Source: Nitrospirota bacterium
GTDB taxonomy: Bacteria > Nitrospirota > UBA9217
Direction of reading: 5' to 3'
Length of the DNA stretch: 64,000 bases
Assembly: GCA_963751455.1 (NCBI GenBank)
Contig: CAVVUN010000002.1
Span: 64,001-128,000 of the forward strand
Below are positions 29,751 to 41,662 of this stretch, one piece after another. Under the pieces are notes generated by a model. That model saw only the letters and a program-made list of their open reading frames with translations, ran no database searches and had not been told where the DNA came from. The position numbers were made by a program, and so were the translations under genes. Within the stretch, counting starts at the first letter, position 1. Each line of letters starts with the position of its first letter.

Positions 29751-32505
29751 ATGAATTTAAGAGGTTTTCTGGCCGTGGTCGTGTGCGTTTTCGTTTTTTC
29801 AGCACCGGCACGTTCCTATCCTTCCTCCTTCGGAGGTCTTCCCATAACCCGGATAGTAATCCAGGACGATTACGGCAAGGTCCTGGACGATCCGGAAGAG
29901 GTCACCTCTGTAATCGCGGTCATGCCGGGCGATGTATTTTCGCCGGCCGCCATCAGTGACAGCATCACCTACCTTTACCTCAAGCGCATCTTCAGTGATA
30001 TACGCGTGGACGGGATCCCCGATAACGACGGTGTCAAGCTCGTGTTTACGCTCACCCCGCTGAAGATAGTTGCGGGCATCGCGGTCAGAGGCAATCACGT
30101 CCTGTCAACATCCAGAATACATGGCGCACTTGCAGGCATAGAAGGCAAAGAAGTGCGGGACGATAAGTTCCCGGATTACCGCGCAGCGATCGTGATGCTG
30201 TACGAGTCCGAGGGATATTACGGCACAACGGTCGATTTCTCCACGGCAAAAACGGCCCTACCGCACAGAGTGGTTCTCCAGGTTGAAATCCGCGAGCCGG
30301 AACCGACCATGATCGCGGCCATTTCGTTTTCGGGCAATACCCGGTTCACCGACAGGCAACTGCGAAATGTAATGAAGAACAGGGTCGGGAAGCCCCTCAG
30401 GAGCGATCTGCTCCTTGATACGGACATGGCCTCGATCCTGGACGTGTACCGGGAGGCCGGGCACGCTGCAGCGAAACCGGGGCATGTGGATATCCGGTTC
30501 CAGGACGGGAAGGCGTATGTCAGCATTATCGGGAACGAAGGGCCAAGAGTGGATGTCCGGTTTTCGGGAAACCGCGCGTTCAGTGATACGGATCTTCGGA
30601 AACAGCTCCTTATCTGGTCGGAACACGATGTATCGGACGGCATACTTGAGAGCAGCGTGGACAGGATAAGAAACCTGTATAAGGATGATGGGTATGCCGA
30701 CGTGAAAGTTTCGGTAAAAAAGACGGATTCCGGGACCGGCACGCTCGATCTCTTTTTCGAAGTTCAGGAGGGGCCGCGGATCATAGTCAAAACAATAGAG
30801 ATACGGGGCAATGCTTTTTTTTCTGAAAAACAGGTCAGGGAACAGCTGTCTCTCAAAGAGTCGGGCTGGTTCCGATCGAGCCCTTACCGGGAGGATCTCC
30901 TGGATAAAGACATTGACTATATCGAAGACCGGTACGCAGAGGCGGGTTATGTCAATGCCGCCATCACGAAGAAGGTGGCTATCGCCGGCAGCGGTTCAAA
31001 AGCAACAGTTGTAATAGAGATCGCCGAGGGACCGCAGGCCAGAGTTGGTCAAGTAGGCTTCGACGGAAACACCGCTTTTACCGAACCGGAGCTGCTTGCC
31101 ATGGTCGCTTTGAAGCCCGGTGCGCCCTATAACGAACGGCTCCTGGAGGAGGACCGTTACCGGATTCTGTCAGCTTACTCCAACAAGGGTTTTCTGTACG
31201 CCCGGGTGGATGTTGAGAAGAAACAGCTTGAGGACACAGCGGACGTTAAATATAAAATAGCTGAAGACCGGCAGGTGAGGATCGGGAGGATCGTTCTTCG
31301 CGGCAACGAGCGCACAAAGGAAAAAGTGATCATGCGCGAAGTTCTCCTGCAATGCCGGCGACCCCTATGACTACGCGAAAATCCTCGGAAGCCAGCAGCG
31401 CATATACCGGCTTGGCTACTTCGGAGAGGCGAAATTTGAGCCGGTGCATGGCGCGGAAAAGGAATATGTAAAGGACATGCTCTTGTCGGTTGAGGAACGG
31501 CCCGCAGGTGCGGTGGAGCTCTCGTTCGGATACGGCGATTTCGACCGCGCCCGCGGCTCTCTTGAAGTATCCTACCGCAATCTCTGGCGCAGCGCGGAAT
31601 ACGCAAGCATCAGGGTCGAAGAAAGCAATATTTTAAAAAGGGGCTCGTTTAATTATCGCCAGCCCCGGGTTTTCGGCCATCGTACGGAAGGCAGGTTCGG
31701 TCTTGAATGGTCCGATTCAAAGCGGCTGAACCAGGAATCGCGCGAGATATACTATCATACGAGAAAGACGACGACCTCGTACGGGCTGGAGAAAACGTAC
31801 GACAGGCTCAAAGCTTCGTTGACGTATCAGTTCGAAAACGTCGAAAACTATAACATAGCCTGCACCGACTCAAAATTACTCCGGAGGACCAGGACCGTGT
31901 TCAGGGTAAGCAGTCTCACTCCGGCGCTCCTCTGGGACCTCAGGGACGACATTTTCAACCCCCGGAAGGGTTCGCTCCACGGCATTGCCCTGAAGGAAGC
32001 TCTGACAGCTATCGGTTCCCAAGCGGACTTCACCAAACTGACTGTTCAGAGCAGCTGGTATATCCCTGTCAGTACAGGCGTCATCGGGGCATGTCCGGGC
32101 GCGGCGGCATGGCATGGACGCATAGAGACACCAGGGATATCCCTCTTCATGAGCGGTTCTACGCGGGCGGCAGCACCACGGTCCGGGGATACACGCAGGA
32201 TTATGTGGGGCCGAACGCCGGAACGGTCAAAAATCCGGTCCCCCTTGGCGGAACAAGAATGGCCGTGTTCAATGCGGAATTGCGCCTGAACCCCGAGCGA
32301 AGGCTTCGGTTTTGTATTGTTCTCGGACGCCGGTAAAATCTGGACTGAAGAGAACACGAATGAAGATATGCGCGCTTCATTTGGCGCAGGTATCCGTTAC
32401 GGCACGCCTATAGGACCGTTACGCATTGACTACGGGCAGAAAATCCATCGCCGGCCGGACGAAAGCCCGGGAGAACTGCACTTTAATATCGGACATACTT
32501 TTTAA
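29751..32505 (+). pseudogene. BamA/Omp85-family POTRA-barrel protein, split by frameshifts
   Basis: Multiple POTRA repeats; ERFYAGGSTTVRGY; GIRYGTPIGPLRIDYG..FNIGHTF. Frame breaks near 31350, 31860-31890, 32090 and 32310. Confidence 0.85.
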
Positions 32506-32608
32506 TGCCGCCCTCTCTCTGGACGGCAGCACTCATCAGTGGTATTATTACTATGGTAGCAGGCGCCATTTCCAGTATCTGCACAAAAACCGGTCTGCAA
32601 AAAATCGC

Positions 32609-34543
32609 ATGAAAACACATAGAAGAATAATAGTCATGGTCTCATTAGGTCTGCTGCTTATCGTTGCGATCTCGATCCTGTCGCTGCGCATTATATCCGG
32701 CGCTTTCTCGCATACCGTCGTAGGCATGCAGCGGATATCGGTCGAATTTCAGAGAATATGGGACATTGAGCGGAAATCAACGACATGTCCTATTCAGTCC
32801 ACAATTTTTTAGAAAGCGGCAATCCGGTTTACAGAAAATCTTATGAAACGTCCCGCTCTGCCGTTCACCGGATTTTTGAGGAGATTTCGAGCGTTAACCT
32901 CTCCCCCTCCGAACAGAATCTCATCAATGCGATAAGCTCAGACCTTGCCCGGATGGAACAGATATCCGCGCCCTTGTTCTCCCTCCCTTTGGACAAATCT
33001 TTGAACCAAAAGAGAATAATGCCGCTCGACAAATTGACCGAGTTGGACACCATAATCACATCGATAGGAAATACAATCGAACAGCATCAGCGCGAGAATT
33101 CATCCCACATGAAAAGAGTGATCGATGAACTGCATATGAACAGGGTGCGAGTCAGGATTCTTTTTCTCATTACGCTGATAACCTCCGTCAGTTTTCTTAT
33201 TGCTTTCGGGCTGTACATCCACCGAAAAGTCTCCGTCCCGCTGAACGACCTCTGGAAAGGCGCGGAAGAAATAAGCCTGGGAAATCTCGATTACCGCATG
33301 CAAGTGCCCGACGATGGGAGATATCGCCCAGCTTGCCGGGCGGTTCAACGAGATGACGCAAAAACTGAAGCTCTCGCACGCGGATCTCGAGCAGAAACTT
33401 TTTGACCGGACCCGGGAGCTTGCGGCTCTGGATTCAGTGGCACTTACACTGAGTACGGCGGGCACGCTCAAAGATCTGCTGGACAAGTCCCTGAACAAGA
33501 TCATGGAAAGCCTGGCAGGCATTCAACCCAAGGGCGGCGTGTTTCTGTGCGAATTGGAAGGCGAAACGCTCCGGCTTGTCGCGCACAAAGGACTTTCTCC
33601 GGAATTCGTGCAGCGCGAGACCGTGATAAGAATGGGTGAGTGCCTGTGCGGCATGGTGGCCAAGAACGGTGAACTGCTGTATACCGAGAACAGCTGTGAC
33701 GATAGACGGCACAGGCGCATGCCGGAAGAAGAGGGGCATTCCCATATCATCATCCCGATAAAATCGAGGGGCATAGTCCTCGGAGTTATTTTCCTCTATC
33801 CGCAGGTCGATTTCAAACTGAAGCCTTCGGATGTCCAGATGCTGGACGCCGTCGGCGCGCAGCTCGGTATGGCAGTTGAAAACTTCAGGTTTTATGCCGA
33901 GGTCAAGGAGTCGAGCGAAAAATACTGGGACCTGTTCGAGAACTCTCGCGATATCCTTTTTACAATTGATCTCAACGGCGGACTTATCTCTGTCAACAAG
34001 GAAGCCGAAAAAGTGTCTGGTTATTCCAAGCTCGAACTTTCGGGCAAAACGATTTTCGACTTTCTGACCAGCGAGGGGGTCGAGCGTGCAGCGAAAATGC
34101 TGTCCGGCGATGCGGAAGGCGCAGGCTTTCAATGGATCGAGTTCGAAGTCGTCAGGCGCGACGGGACCAGGATCTTCGCGGAAGTGAGCGCACGAAAGAT
34201 CGTGAAGGATCGGAAGCCGACCGGCTACCAGGTTTCCGCCCGGGACATAACCGAACAGAAAAATCTTCGGGTTTTGCTGGTCAAGGCCGAGCGTTTGGGC
34301 GCCATAGGCCAGGTGGGCGTTGCCGTTCGACATGAGATAAACAACCCTCTCACGACCGTGATCGGCAACGTCGAACTGTTGCTGGAGCGGTACGAGTACA
34401 AGGACAAGGAATTGACCGCACGCCTTGAGACGATCCTTCACAATGCACTGAGGATTGCCGAGATCGTCAAGCGGATCCAGAGCATCAAACAGGAGAAAGT
34501 CGTGGATTATCTCAAGGGCGTCAAGATGACGGACTTGAAATAA
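32609..34543 (+). pseudogene. HAMP-GAF-PAS-HisKA sensor protein, frameshifts near 32775 and 33310
   Basis: Three consecutive ORFs make TM-periplasmic-TM-HAMP, GAF (GECLCG), PAS and RHEINNPL. No HATPase domain seen. Confidence 0.8.
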
Positions 34544-34616
34544 AGACGACAAGCTTGAGAGACGAAGGGCGAGGGACGATGGACGAACAATACCGCGAAT
34601 TATCGATCGACGATGG

Positions 34617-35321
34617 ATGTCCGCTCGATGCGCGCGAATTGGAAGGCATTATTACTTCCAACTCATCCACGGTTTTCTATTTGCGTCCCTCGTCCATTCG
34701 TCCTTCGCTTTTTCCCTGTTTTCCCTCGTGCTTCTCATGTTTTTCTCTCCCTTCGTGGTTCATGCGGAACTCATCGACCGCGTGGTTGCCTCGGTCAATA
34801 ACGAGGTTATCACGCTGAGGGAACTCAACCAGGCAGTCAGCTTCAATGCCGGTCTTTCTGCGAGCGCCCAAAACGAACAGAAACTCCGTGCGGAAACGCT
34901 GGAAGGTCTTATCAACCGGCGGCTGCTGCTCCAGGAGGCATTCCGGATCAGGTTCGTGGAAGTTTCGGATCAGGACATAAGCGCTGAGATCAAAAAACTG
35001 AAAGAGCGGCTCGGGTCGGACAGCGATTATACCCGTTTTCTTTCTTTACTGGATAGTACTGAAGAGCAACTCGGCCGCATGTTGAGCGAGAGGCTTCTCG
35101 TACAGCGGTTCGTGGAGAAAAAGATCGGATTGTTCGTCCGTGTCAGCAGTGAGGAGGCAGAGAACTATTTCGACGATAATCCCGACGCATTCAAGGGCAA
35201 GCGGTTCCTGGAAGTGCAAAAGGCGATTACCGCTGCAATTTCCGAGCGAAAGCTGGAGCAGCAGACGGCTCAGTATCTCGACGAACTGAAGACCAGAGCG
35301 GAGATCAGGATAAACCCGTGA
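34617..35321 (+). CDS. SurA N-terminal-domain chaperone
   Basis: AELIDRVVASVNNEVIT..LINRRLLLQEA; C-terminal LKTRAEIRI. Start codon uncertain. Confidence 0.82.
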   Translation: MSARCARIGRHYYFQLIHGFLFASLVHSSFAFSLFSLVLLMFFSPFVVHAELIDRVVASVNNEVITLRELNQAVSFNAGLSASAQNEQKLRAETLEGLINRRLLLQEAFRIRFVEVSDQDISAEIKKLKERLGSDSDYTRFLSLLDSTEEQLGRMLSERLLVQRFVEKKIGLFVRVSSEEAENYFDDNPDAFKGKRFLEVQKAITAAISERKLEQQTAQYLDELKTRAEIRINP

Positions 35322-35538
35322 ATGCAGAGACGGACTGGAAGGACGATGGATCGATGGGCAAAAAAAACGAGAAGATCGCCGGTAGTAGATTCTTTCTGAA
35401 GCTATAGCCGCTGTTTGTCCCTGTCGGGTTATATCAATGCATATCGATTAAACCTCGTCCCTATAGTGAATGACGTGAAAGTTCATCCCTCGTGCAGTTC
35501 AAGAGTGGTATTCCATCATATCAACAAGGAGGTTCACC

Positions 35539-36489
35539 ATGCAGAGAATCGTCATCATGATATGCACGGCTGTTCTTATCGCTGTTTTCAGCACCGGCTG
35601 CTTTGTTATCAAAGTAAACCTCGGCCCGGAGAGCGGACCGCTGGAGGAACAAACGATTACGGGCAAGGGCAAAGACAAGATAGTCCTGCTCGATATAACA
35701 GGAATTATAACGACTGAAGACTCGGGTTCGTTGCTGGGGGGGAAAAAGGACCTGGGTACCCTCGCTCTCATACGGGAACAGCTGGACAAGGCGCGGCGCG
35801 ACAAGAACGTAAAGGCAATTGTGGTCCGGATCGACAGCCCCGGCGGCGGGGTAACTGCCTCTGACATGCTGTATCATGAGCTGAAAAAATTCAAAGTCGA
35901 GACCGGGACGAAGATGGTAGCCCATTTCCTCGATACCGCAGCTTCCGGCGGATATTACGCGGCGCTCGCAGCGGACCGGATTACCGCTCAGCCGACCAGC
36001 ATCACGGGCAGCATCGGTGTTACCATGTTCAGGGTCGATGCGACAGGACTGATGCAGAAGATCGGGGTCCGGGCGATCGAGATATCGTCGGGCCCGCAGA
36101 AGGGGATGGGTTCTCCGTTCCGTGAAATGTCGAACGAGGAGAGAAAGATATTCGAGTCGATGATCGACTCGCTCTATGGAAGGTTTGTGAGCGTTGTGGC
36201 CGAGGAGAGAAAGATGAATACGGAACGGGTAAGAAAACTGGCTGACGGCCGGATCTATACGAGCCAGGAAGCGAAACAGGAGGGGCTCATCGACGATATC
36301 TGCTACCTTGAAGAAGCTTTCGGCCAGGCCAGAAAGCTCGCCAACCTGGAGCATGCCACCGTGGTCTCCTATGTCCGGCCGGGAGAATATCGCCCGAATA
36401 TCTATTCCATGAATATGAATTTGATCAATCTGAACCTGGGAGATATAGCGGGACCGGGGATCAGATTTACCTACCTATGGATGCCCTAG
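35539..36489 (+). CDS. sppA: Signal peptide peptidase SppA (S49), lipoprotein
   Basis: RIDSPGG, AASGGYY, TGSIGV and DGRIYT motifs. Confidence 0.93.
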   Translation: MQRIVIMICTAVLIAVFSTGCFVIKVNLGPESGPLEEQTITGKGKDKIVLLDITGIITTEDSGSLLGGKKDLGTLALIREQLDKARRDKNVKAIVVRIDSPGGGVTASDMLYHELKKFKVETGTKMVAHFLDTAASGGYYAALAADRITAQPTSITGSIGVTMFRVDATGLMQKIGVRAIEISSGPQKGMGSPFREMSNEERKIFESMIDSLYGRFVSVVAEERKMNTERVRKLADGRIYTSQEAKQEGLIDDICYLEEAFGQARKLANLEHATVVSYVRPGEYRPNIYSMNMNLINLNLGDIAGPGIRFTYLWMP

Positions 36490-36658
36490 AAGAAGCGAAA
36501 ACTTGCAGTGTCAAAGGGTCAGAGCGTGGAGAATCAGAGAAGAATCATAATCTGCTACACGTTGATGCGTTGACGCCGTGTCTCTTCTAAAAGATAGTCC
36601 TTGAACAACGCTCCTTTTTTGTGGTAAATTTGCTACAGTTTATAAGGAGAGGCCGCGT

Positions 36659-37228
36659 ATGGGAAAAAGACTTTTGATCTTGTCCCTCATGGTGGTTGTG
36701 GCGAACAGTGTCGCCCTGGCTTCTGCCGCCCCGTCCTCTCTTCAGGAATTCCGGGACGCGGAAAAAATGTTTGTTTCAGGTCGATTTCACGAAGCAATTC
36801 CCGTGTACCGTAAGCTTCTTGTTTCTCTGCCGACCGGTGTTGCCTCAAGCACTATAAAGACCAGGATCGCTGACAGCTATTTCGGCCTTGGCTTATTTAG
36901 AGACGCGCTTGAATCGTACCGGTCAGCCATCAAAGAACAGGCAGAGCCGGAACAGGCCCAGACTCAATACTGGATTGGTTTTTCCTGTTTTCTCCTGGGC
37001 AGACACTCCGAGGCCGTGGCTGAATTTTTAAAGATACCGGAACAGCACCCATCCTCCGGGATGTGGGTAGGGACTGCCTATTACTGGGCGGGCAAGGTCT
37101 CGGAGAGAATGGGAAAAAAAGGTGAAGCCGCGGCCTACTATCGAAAGGCCGGGAGCGGCGGAAAATCAGTCCAAGGCCGGTTTGCTCTCAAGAAGGCGGA
37201 AGCGGTAACAGGGGAAAAGACCAAATAA
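36659..37228 (+). CDS. Exported TPR protein
   Basis: Signal peptide and tandem TPR-like helices (AQYWIG, AYYWAG). Confidence 0.85.
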   Translation: MGKRLLILSLMVVVANSVALASAAPSSLQEFRDAEKMFVSGRFHEAIPVYRKLLVSLPTGVASSTIKTRIADSYFGLGLFRDALESYRSAIKEQAEPEQAQTQYWIGFSCFLLGRHSEAVAEFLKIPEQHPSSGMWVGTAYYWAGKVSERMGKKGEAAAYYRKAGSGGKSVQGRFALKKAEAVTGEKTK

Positions 37229-37310
37229 CGGTAAGCTTGCCCTGCACCCTTGTACTTCGGCGCACTCGTAAGCACCGGGGGCAAGACTCGCGGGCAAGCG
37301 CTCGTTACCG

Positions 37311-37353
37311 CACCCTGCATTCGCGGTCCACTCATAAACGCTGGGCGCAGGCT
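37311..37353 (-). repeat. About 43-45 bp REP-like repeat (other copies at 39492-39536 and 45393-45435)
   Basis: Reverse complement AGCCTGCGCCCAGCG..GAGTG..CCGCGAATGCAGGGTG matches the other two copies. Confidence 0.75.
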
Positions 37354-37473
37354 GAGTGAAAGCAAATCCCACAGAATTTCAAGCGCTTGAAAATTAATCG
37401 CCGATATGTTTTCAGTAATAGAGACTGCAGCTATTTGAGCTTGTGATGTGAGATTTGGAGCCTGCTGAAAAAG

Positions 37474-39174
37474 ATGCTGAAAGAGCTGAATATTAAGAAC
37501 TTTGCCATCATCGACCAGTTGCGCGTGGAGTTTGGCAGCGGGTTGAATGTACTGACCGGGGAGACCGGAGCCGGGAAATCGATTGTCGTGGACGCCCTGA
37601 ACCTTGCCCTCGGCGAGCGCGCGAGCGGCGACCTCATCCGGACCGGCTGTCAGGAGGCAGTGGTTGAGGCCGCGTTCGAGCTGAACGGGCGCGGCAGTGC
37701 TGATGCCGGGAAACTGCTCTCGGAACACGGCATTGAGTTCGACTCCGGAGAGGACCTTATCGTGCGGCGGGTGCTCGCGGTCTCCGGCAAGAACAAGGTG
37801 TATATCAACGGGAGCCTCGCAAATCTGGCGCTGCTCTCAGCGCTCGGAAGCAGTCTGGCTGACATACACGGTCAGCATGAACATCAGTCTCTGCTGTCGT
37901 TGGACCGACAGATGGAGCTGCTTGACTCCTTCGGCGGGCTCGGCAATCTCTGCCGCGGCATCGCCGATGCATATTACCGGCTGCAGGACGTCCGGAAAGA
38001 GCTGGCCGGGCTTGAAGCCGGCGAGCGTGATCGGGCCCAGAGGGAGGACATGCTTCGTTTTCAAAAGAATGAGCTCGAGGCAGCCATGCTCAAGCCTGGC
38101 GAGGACGCTGATCTTGCAGGGGAGCAGAAGATACTGGCCAACTCCGAAAAGCTTGCAGCCGCTTCCCGTGCAGTTGACGAGACGCTGTATTCATCGGACC
38201 ATTCCGTATTGTCAGGTCTTAAAAAGGCCATGACCGGGCTGCGCGAAATCACTGCCATAGACGACCGGCTCCAGCCGGTGTTCCAGCTTTGCGAGTCGGG
38301 GAGGGCCCAGATCGAAGAAGCGGCGCGTGAAGTTTCCGCCTACGCGGAGCGAGTCGAATTCGATCCGGGACGGCTTGAACAGATCGGCGACCGGCTCGAT
38401 CTTATCCAGAAGCTCAGGAAGAAGTATGGCGCCACGATCGAAGAGGTGCTCGAATTCGGCGCAAAAGCTTCCGCCGAACTGGAACGCATGGAGCGGAGCA
38501 CCGAGGAGATAGAGCGGCTGAAAAAGGAAATTGAGGCCGTCAAATCGGAGTTGACTTCGCTCTCCGGGGACTTGAGCGTAAAACGGGGCACGGCTGCGCG
38601 CGGCCTTGAAAAAAAGATTGAAGCCGAACTGTCACACCTCGGCATGAAGAAAACGGCTTTCACCGTACAGATCTCGCAGGAACCGGGCGACGATACGCTC
38701 GACGGCCGCAAACTCGGCCCGCGCGGCGCTGACAAGGTGGAATTTCTTATTTCGCCGAATCCGGGTGAGGACCCGAAGTCGCTTGCGAAGATCGCCTCCG
38801 GCGGCGAATTGTCGCGGATCATGCTTGCGCTCAAAACCGTTCTCCTGGAAGGCGACGGGATCCCGACTCTGGTGTTCGACGAAGTGGATGCCGGCATCGG
38901 AGGGGCGGTTGCGGAAGAAGTCGGGAAAAAACTCAAACGTGTGGCAGCCACAAGACAGGTTTTTTGCATAACGCATCTGCCTCAGATCGCGAGCATGGCG
39001 ACCAGACACTACGGAGTGGCAAAGTCCGTGAAAAAGGACCGGACCAGCACGGAGGTGCGTCTGCTGAACACCACGGAACGCGTCGATGAAATAGCCCGGA
39101 TGCTGGCCGGCAAGACAGTAACAGAGGCTACGATCAGACACGCCGAGGAAATGATTGAACGGGGGAGCCTTTAA
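37474..39174 (+). CDS. recN: DNA repair protein RecN
   Basis: GETGAGKS, IHGQHEHQ, ASGGELSR, FDEVDAGIGG and ITHLPQ. Confidence 0.98.
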   Translation: MLKELNIKNFAIIDQLRVEFGSGLNVLTGETGAGKSIVVDALNLALGERASGDLIRTGCQEAVVEAAFELNGRGSADAGKLLSEHGIEFDSGEDLIVRRVLAVSGKNKVYINGSLANLALLSALGSSLADIHGQHEHQSLLSLDRQMELLDSFGGLGNLCRGIADAYYRLQDVRKELAGLEAGERDRAQREDMLRFQKNELEAAMLKPGEDADLAGEQKILANSEKLAAASRAVDETLYSSDHSVLSGLKKAMTGLREITAIDDRLQPVFQLCESGRAQIEEAAREVSAYAERVEFDPGRLEQIGDRLDLIQKLRKKYGATIEEVLEFGAKASAELERMERSTEEIERLKKEIEAVKSELTSLSGDLSVKRGTAARGLEKKIEAELSHLGMKKTAFTVQISQEPGDDTLDGRKLGPRGADKVEFLISPNPGEDPKSLAKIASGGELSRIMLALKTVLLEGDGIPTLVFDEVDAGIGGAVAEEVGKKLKRVAATRQVFCITHLPQIASMATRHYGVAKSVKKDRTSTEVRLLNTTERVDEIARMLAGKTVTEATIRHAEEMIERGSL

Positions 39175-39266
39175 GAACAAACATGCAGAGAGCATGGCGC
39201 ATAGGGCATAGCTAAAACCTCATATGCTTTGCTCCATGCGCTTTGCGCTATGCAAACGGGGTGTTT

Positions 39267-39473
39267 ATGGGCAAGGTCGTCATCAATATCGAATATTGCA
39301 AAGGATGCCAGCTGTGCACGACGGCATGCGTGAAAAGGCTTCTGAAAATAAGCCCTGCGTTCAACAAGAGCGGCTATTATACGGTAGAATACCGCGGTGA
39401 AGAAGGAGCTTGCACAGGCTGCGCCTTGTGCGCCGAGATGTGTCCGGACGCGGCGATAGAAGTGTGGAAGTGA
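39267..39473 (+). CDS. 2x[4Fe-4S] ferredoxin (2-oxoacid:ferredoxin oxidoreductase delta-like)
   Basis: CKGCQLC..AC and CTGCALC..CPD. Confidence 0.92.
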   Translation: MGKVVINIEYCKGCQLCTTACVKRLLKISPAFNKSGYYTVEYRGEEGACTGCALCAEMCPDAAIEVWK

Positions 39474-39607
39474 ATCGATTGCGGAATGCGGAGCCTGCGC
39501 CCAGCGAATACGAGTGTAAACCGCGAGTGCAGGGTGTGCGGATTGCGGAATGAAAAATTGCAGCCGTATCGTCGTTTGGTCAATAAAAACCTTTCAGGGG
39601 CTTGTTA

Positions 39608-40726
39608 ATGGCAAAAATTCTCATATCCGGCAACGAAGCGCTGGCTGAAGCCGCAGTCCTTGCCGGCTGCAGGCGTTATTTCGGATACCCGATCACACCA
39701 CAGAACGAGATCCCTGAGTATCTTGCCCGCCGGTTGCCTGAAGCAGGCGGCACGTTCGTTCAGGCCGAGAGTGAGATTGCGGCCATCAACATGGTCTACG
39801 GTGCAGCAGCGGTGGGCGAGCGGGTCATGACGTCGTCATCGAGCCCGGGCATCAGCCTGATGCAGGAGGCGCTTTCGTTTATGACCGCATCGGAATTGCC
39901 CGCCGTCGTTGTCAATGTGCAGCGGGGCGGGCCGGGGCTCGGGAATATCTGGGCGTCCCAGGCTGATTACTTCCAGGCCGTGAAGGGCGGCGGACACGGC
40001 GATTACAAACTCCTTGTCTATGCGCCCTCAGGCATTCAGGAAATGGTCGATTTGACCATGCGTGCATTCGAGAAGGCGGACGAATACCGCAACCCCGTAA
40101 TGATCCTCGGAGACGCCGTGCTTGGACAGATGATGGAGCCGGTGGACCTTTCCGGCATCTCATGGCGAAAAATCGAAAAGCCGTGGGCATTGACCGGCGC
40201 CGGAACCGGCCCTGCAAAGGTCGTCCGGTCCCTGTTCATGCTGCCCGGCGAGGACGGAATGCTCGAGCGCCACAATTATGCGTTAAAGGCAAAATACGAC
40301 AGGATGGCCGAGCGTGAAGTGATGTACGAAGCATATATGACGGACGATGCGGAGCTCGTGCTCGTAGCTTTCGGCACAGCGGCACGCATTGTTAGAACGG
40401 CCGTCAAGACGGCCAGGAGCGAGGGCATCAAAGCCGGGCTGATCCGGCCCATTACGCTCTTTCCTTTCCCGGAGAAGATAATCGCGCAGACCGCCGAGCG
40501 GGTTGAACAACTGCTGGTTGTTGAAATGAACATGGGCCAGATGGTTGAAGATGTCCGGCTGGCGGTAAACGGCAGGGCCGATGTCTCTTTCTACGGCCGT
40601 CCGGGCGGCGCAATGCTGTCGGTTGAAGACATCATGCAGGCCATACGAAATATTCAATTCGACGTTCCAAGCTCCGAATTCGGAGTGATAAGTCCGGAAA
40701 CGGCACGGAACACGGAGAAAGGATAA
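39608..40726 (+). CDS. vorB: 2-oxoacid:ferredoxin oxidoreductase alpha subunit (VorB-like)
   Basis: GNEA, YPITPQ, QAESE, TSSSSPG, RGGPGLG and GGGHGD. Confidence 0.88.
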   Translation: MAKILISGNEALAEAAVLAGCRRYFGYPITPQNEIPEYLARRLPEAGGTFVQAESEIAAINMVYGAAAVGERVMTSSSSPGISLMQEALSFMTASELPAVVVNVQRGGPGLGNIWASQADYFQAVKGGGHGDYKLLVYAPSGIQEMVDLTMRAFEKADEYRNPVMILGDAVLGQMMEPVDLSGISWRKIEKPWALTGAGTGPAKVVRSLFMLPGEDGMLERHNYALKAKYDRMAEREVMYEAYMTDDAELVLVAFGTAARIVRTAVKTARSEGIKAGLIRPITLFPFPEKIIAQTAERVEQLLVVEMNMGQMVEDVRLAVNGRADVSFYGRPGGAMLSVEDIMQAIRNIQFDVPSSEFGVISPETARNTEKG

Positions 40727-40729
40727 GTT

Positions 40730-41662
40730 ATGTCTAAAATCAAAAATATTCTGGACCTCATCGGGAATACCCCGATGATAAGGCTGAACAGAGTCGCACA
40801 GGAAGGGCATGCGGAAGTCTGGGCAAAGCTGGAAGGGGCTAATCCAGGGCGAAGCGTGAAAGACCGGCCTGCCCTTGCGATGATCGAGGATGCGGAGAAA
40901 AAGGGCAAACTCAAAAAAGGTATGACGATCGTGGAACCGACAAGCGGCAACACCGGGATCGGTCTCGCCATGGTCGCCGCAGTCAAGGGGTACCGTATCA
41001 TTCTGACTATGCCGGAATCGATGACGATCGAGCGCCGCAGGCTGCTCGAGGCGTACGGGGCGGAACTGGTGCTGACGCCCTCTGAAAAGGGCATGAAAGG
41101 CGCAGCGGTGAAGGCCGACGAGATTGCCGCATCAAGCCGGGAATTTTTTAAGCCGGACCAATTCGGCAATCCCGCAAATCCGCAGGTCCACCGGAAGACC
41201 ACCGCAAAAGAGATCCTTGCCTTTACCGGCTCGAAAAGGATCGATGCCTTCGTGGCCGGGATCGGAACCGGCGGCACGATCACGGGTGTTGGTGAAGTCC
41301 TGAAAAAGAAATTCAAGAACATCAAAATTATTGCCGTGGAGCCGGCCTCATCACCTCTGCTTTCCGGTGGCCAGCCGGGACCGCACGCGATACAGGGGAT
41401 CGGCCCGAATTTCATACCCGCGATCCTGAATACGAAAATTTATGATGAGGTCATTCAAGTTACGAACAACGACGCCGCGGACATGACAGCGCGGCTTTCC
41501 CGGGAGGAGGGCCTTCTTGTCGGGATCTCTTCAGGAGCAGCGTGCTGGGCCGCTTTGCAGGTCGCAGCCCGCCTGGGCAGGGGAAAGAGGGTCGTGACGG
41601 TATTTCCCGACGTCGGGGACCGCTACCTTACAATGGGAATCTTCGATAAAAAGAGCGGTTGA
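40730..41662 (+). CDS. cysK: Cysteine synthase A
   Basis: NPGRSVKDR, EPTSGNTG, GTGGT and IQGIG. Confidence 0.96.
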   Translation: MSKIKNILDLIGNTPMIRLNRVAQEGHAEVWAKLEGANPGRSVKDRPALAMIEDAEKKGKLKKGMTIVEPTSGNTGIGLAMVAAVKGYRIILTMPESMTIERRRLLEAYGAELVLTPSEKGMKGAAVKADEIAASSREFFKPDQFGNPANPQVHRKTTAKEILAFTGSKRIDAFVAGIGTGGTITGVGEVLKKKFKNIKIIAVEPASSPLLSGGQPGPHAIQGIGPNFIPAILNTKIYDEVIQVTNNDAADMTARLSREEGLLVGISSGAACWAALQVAARLGRGKRVVTVFPDVGDRYLTMGIFDKKSG

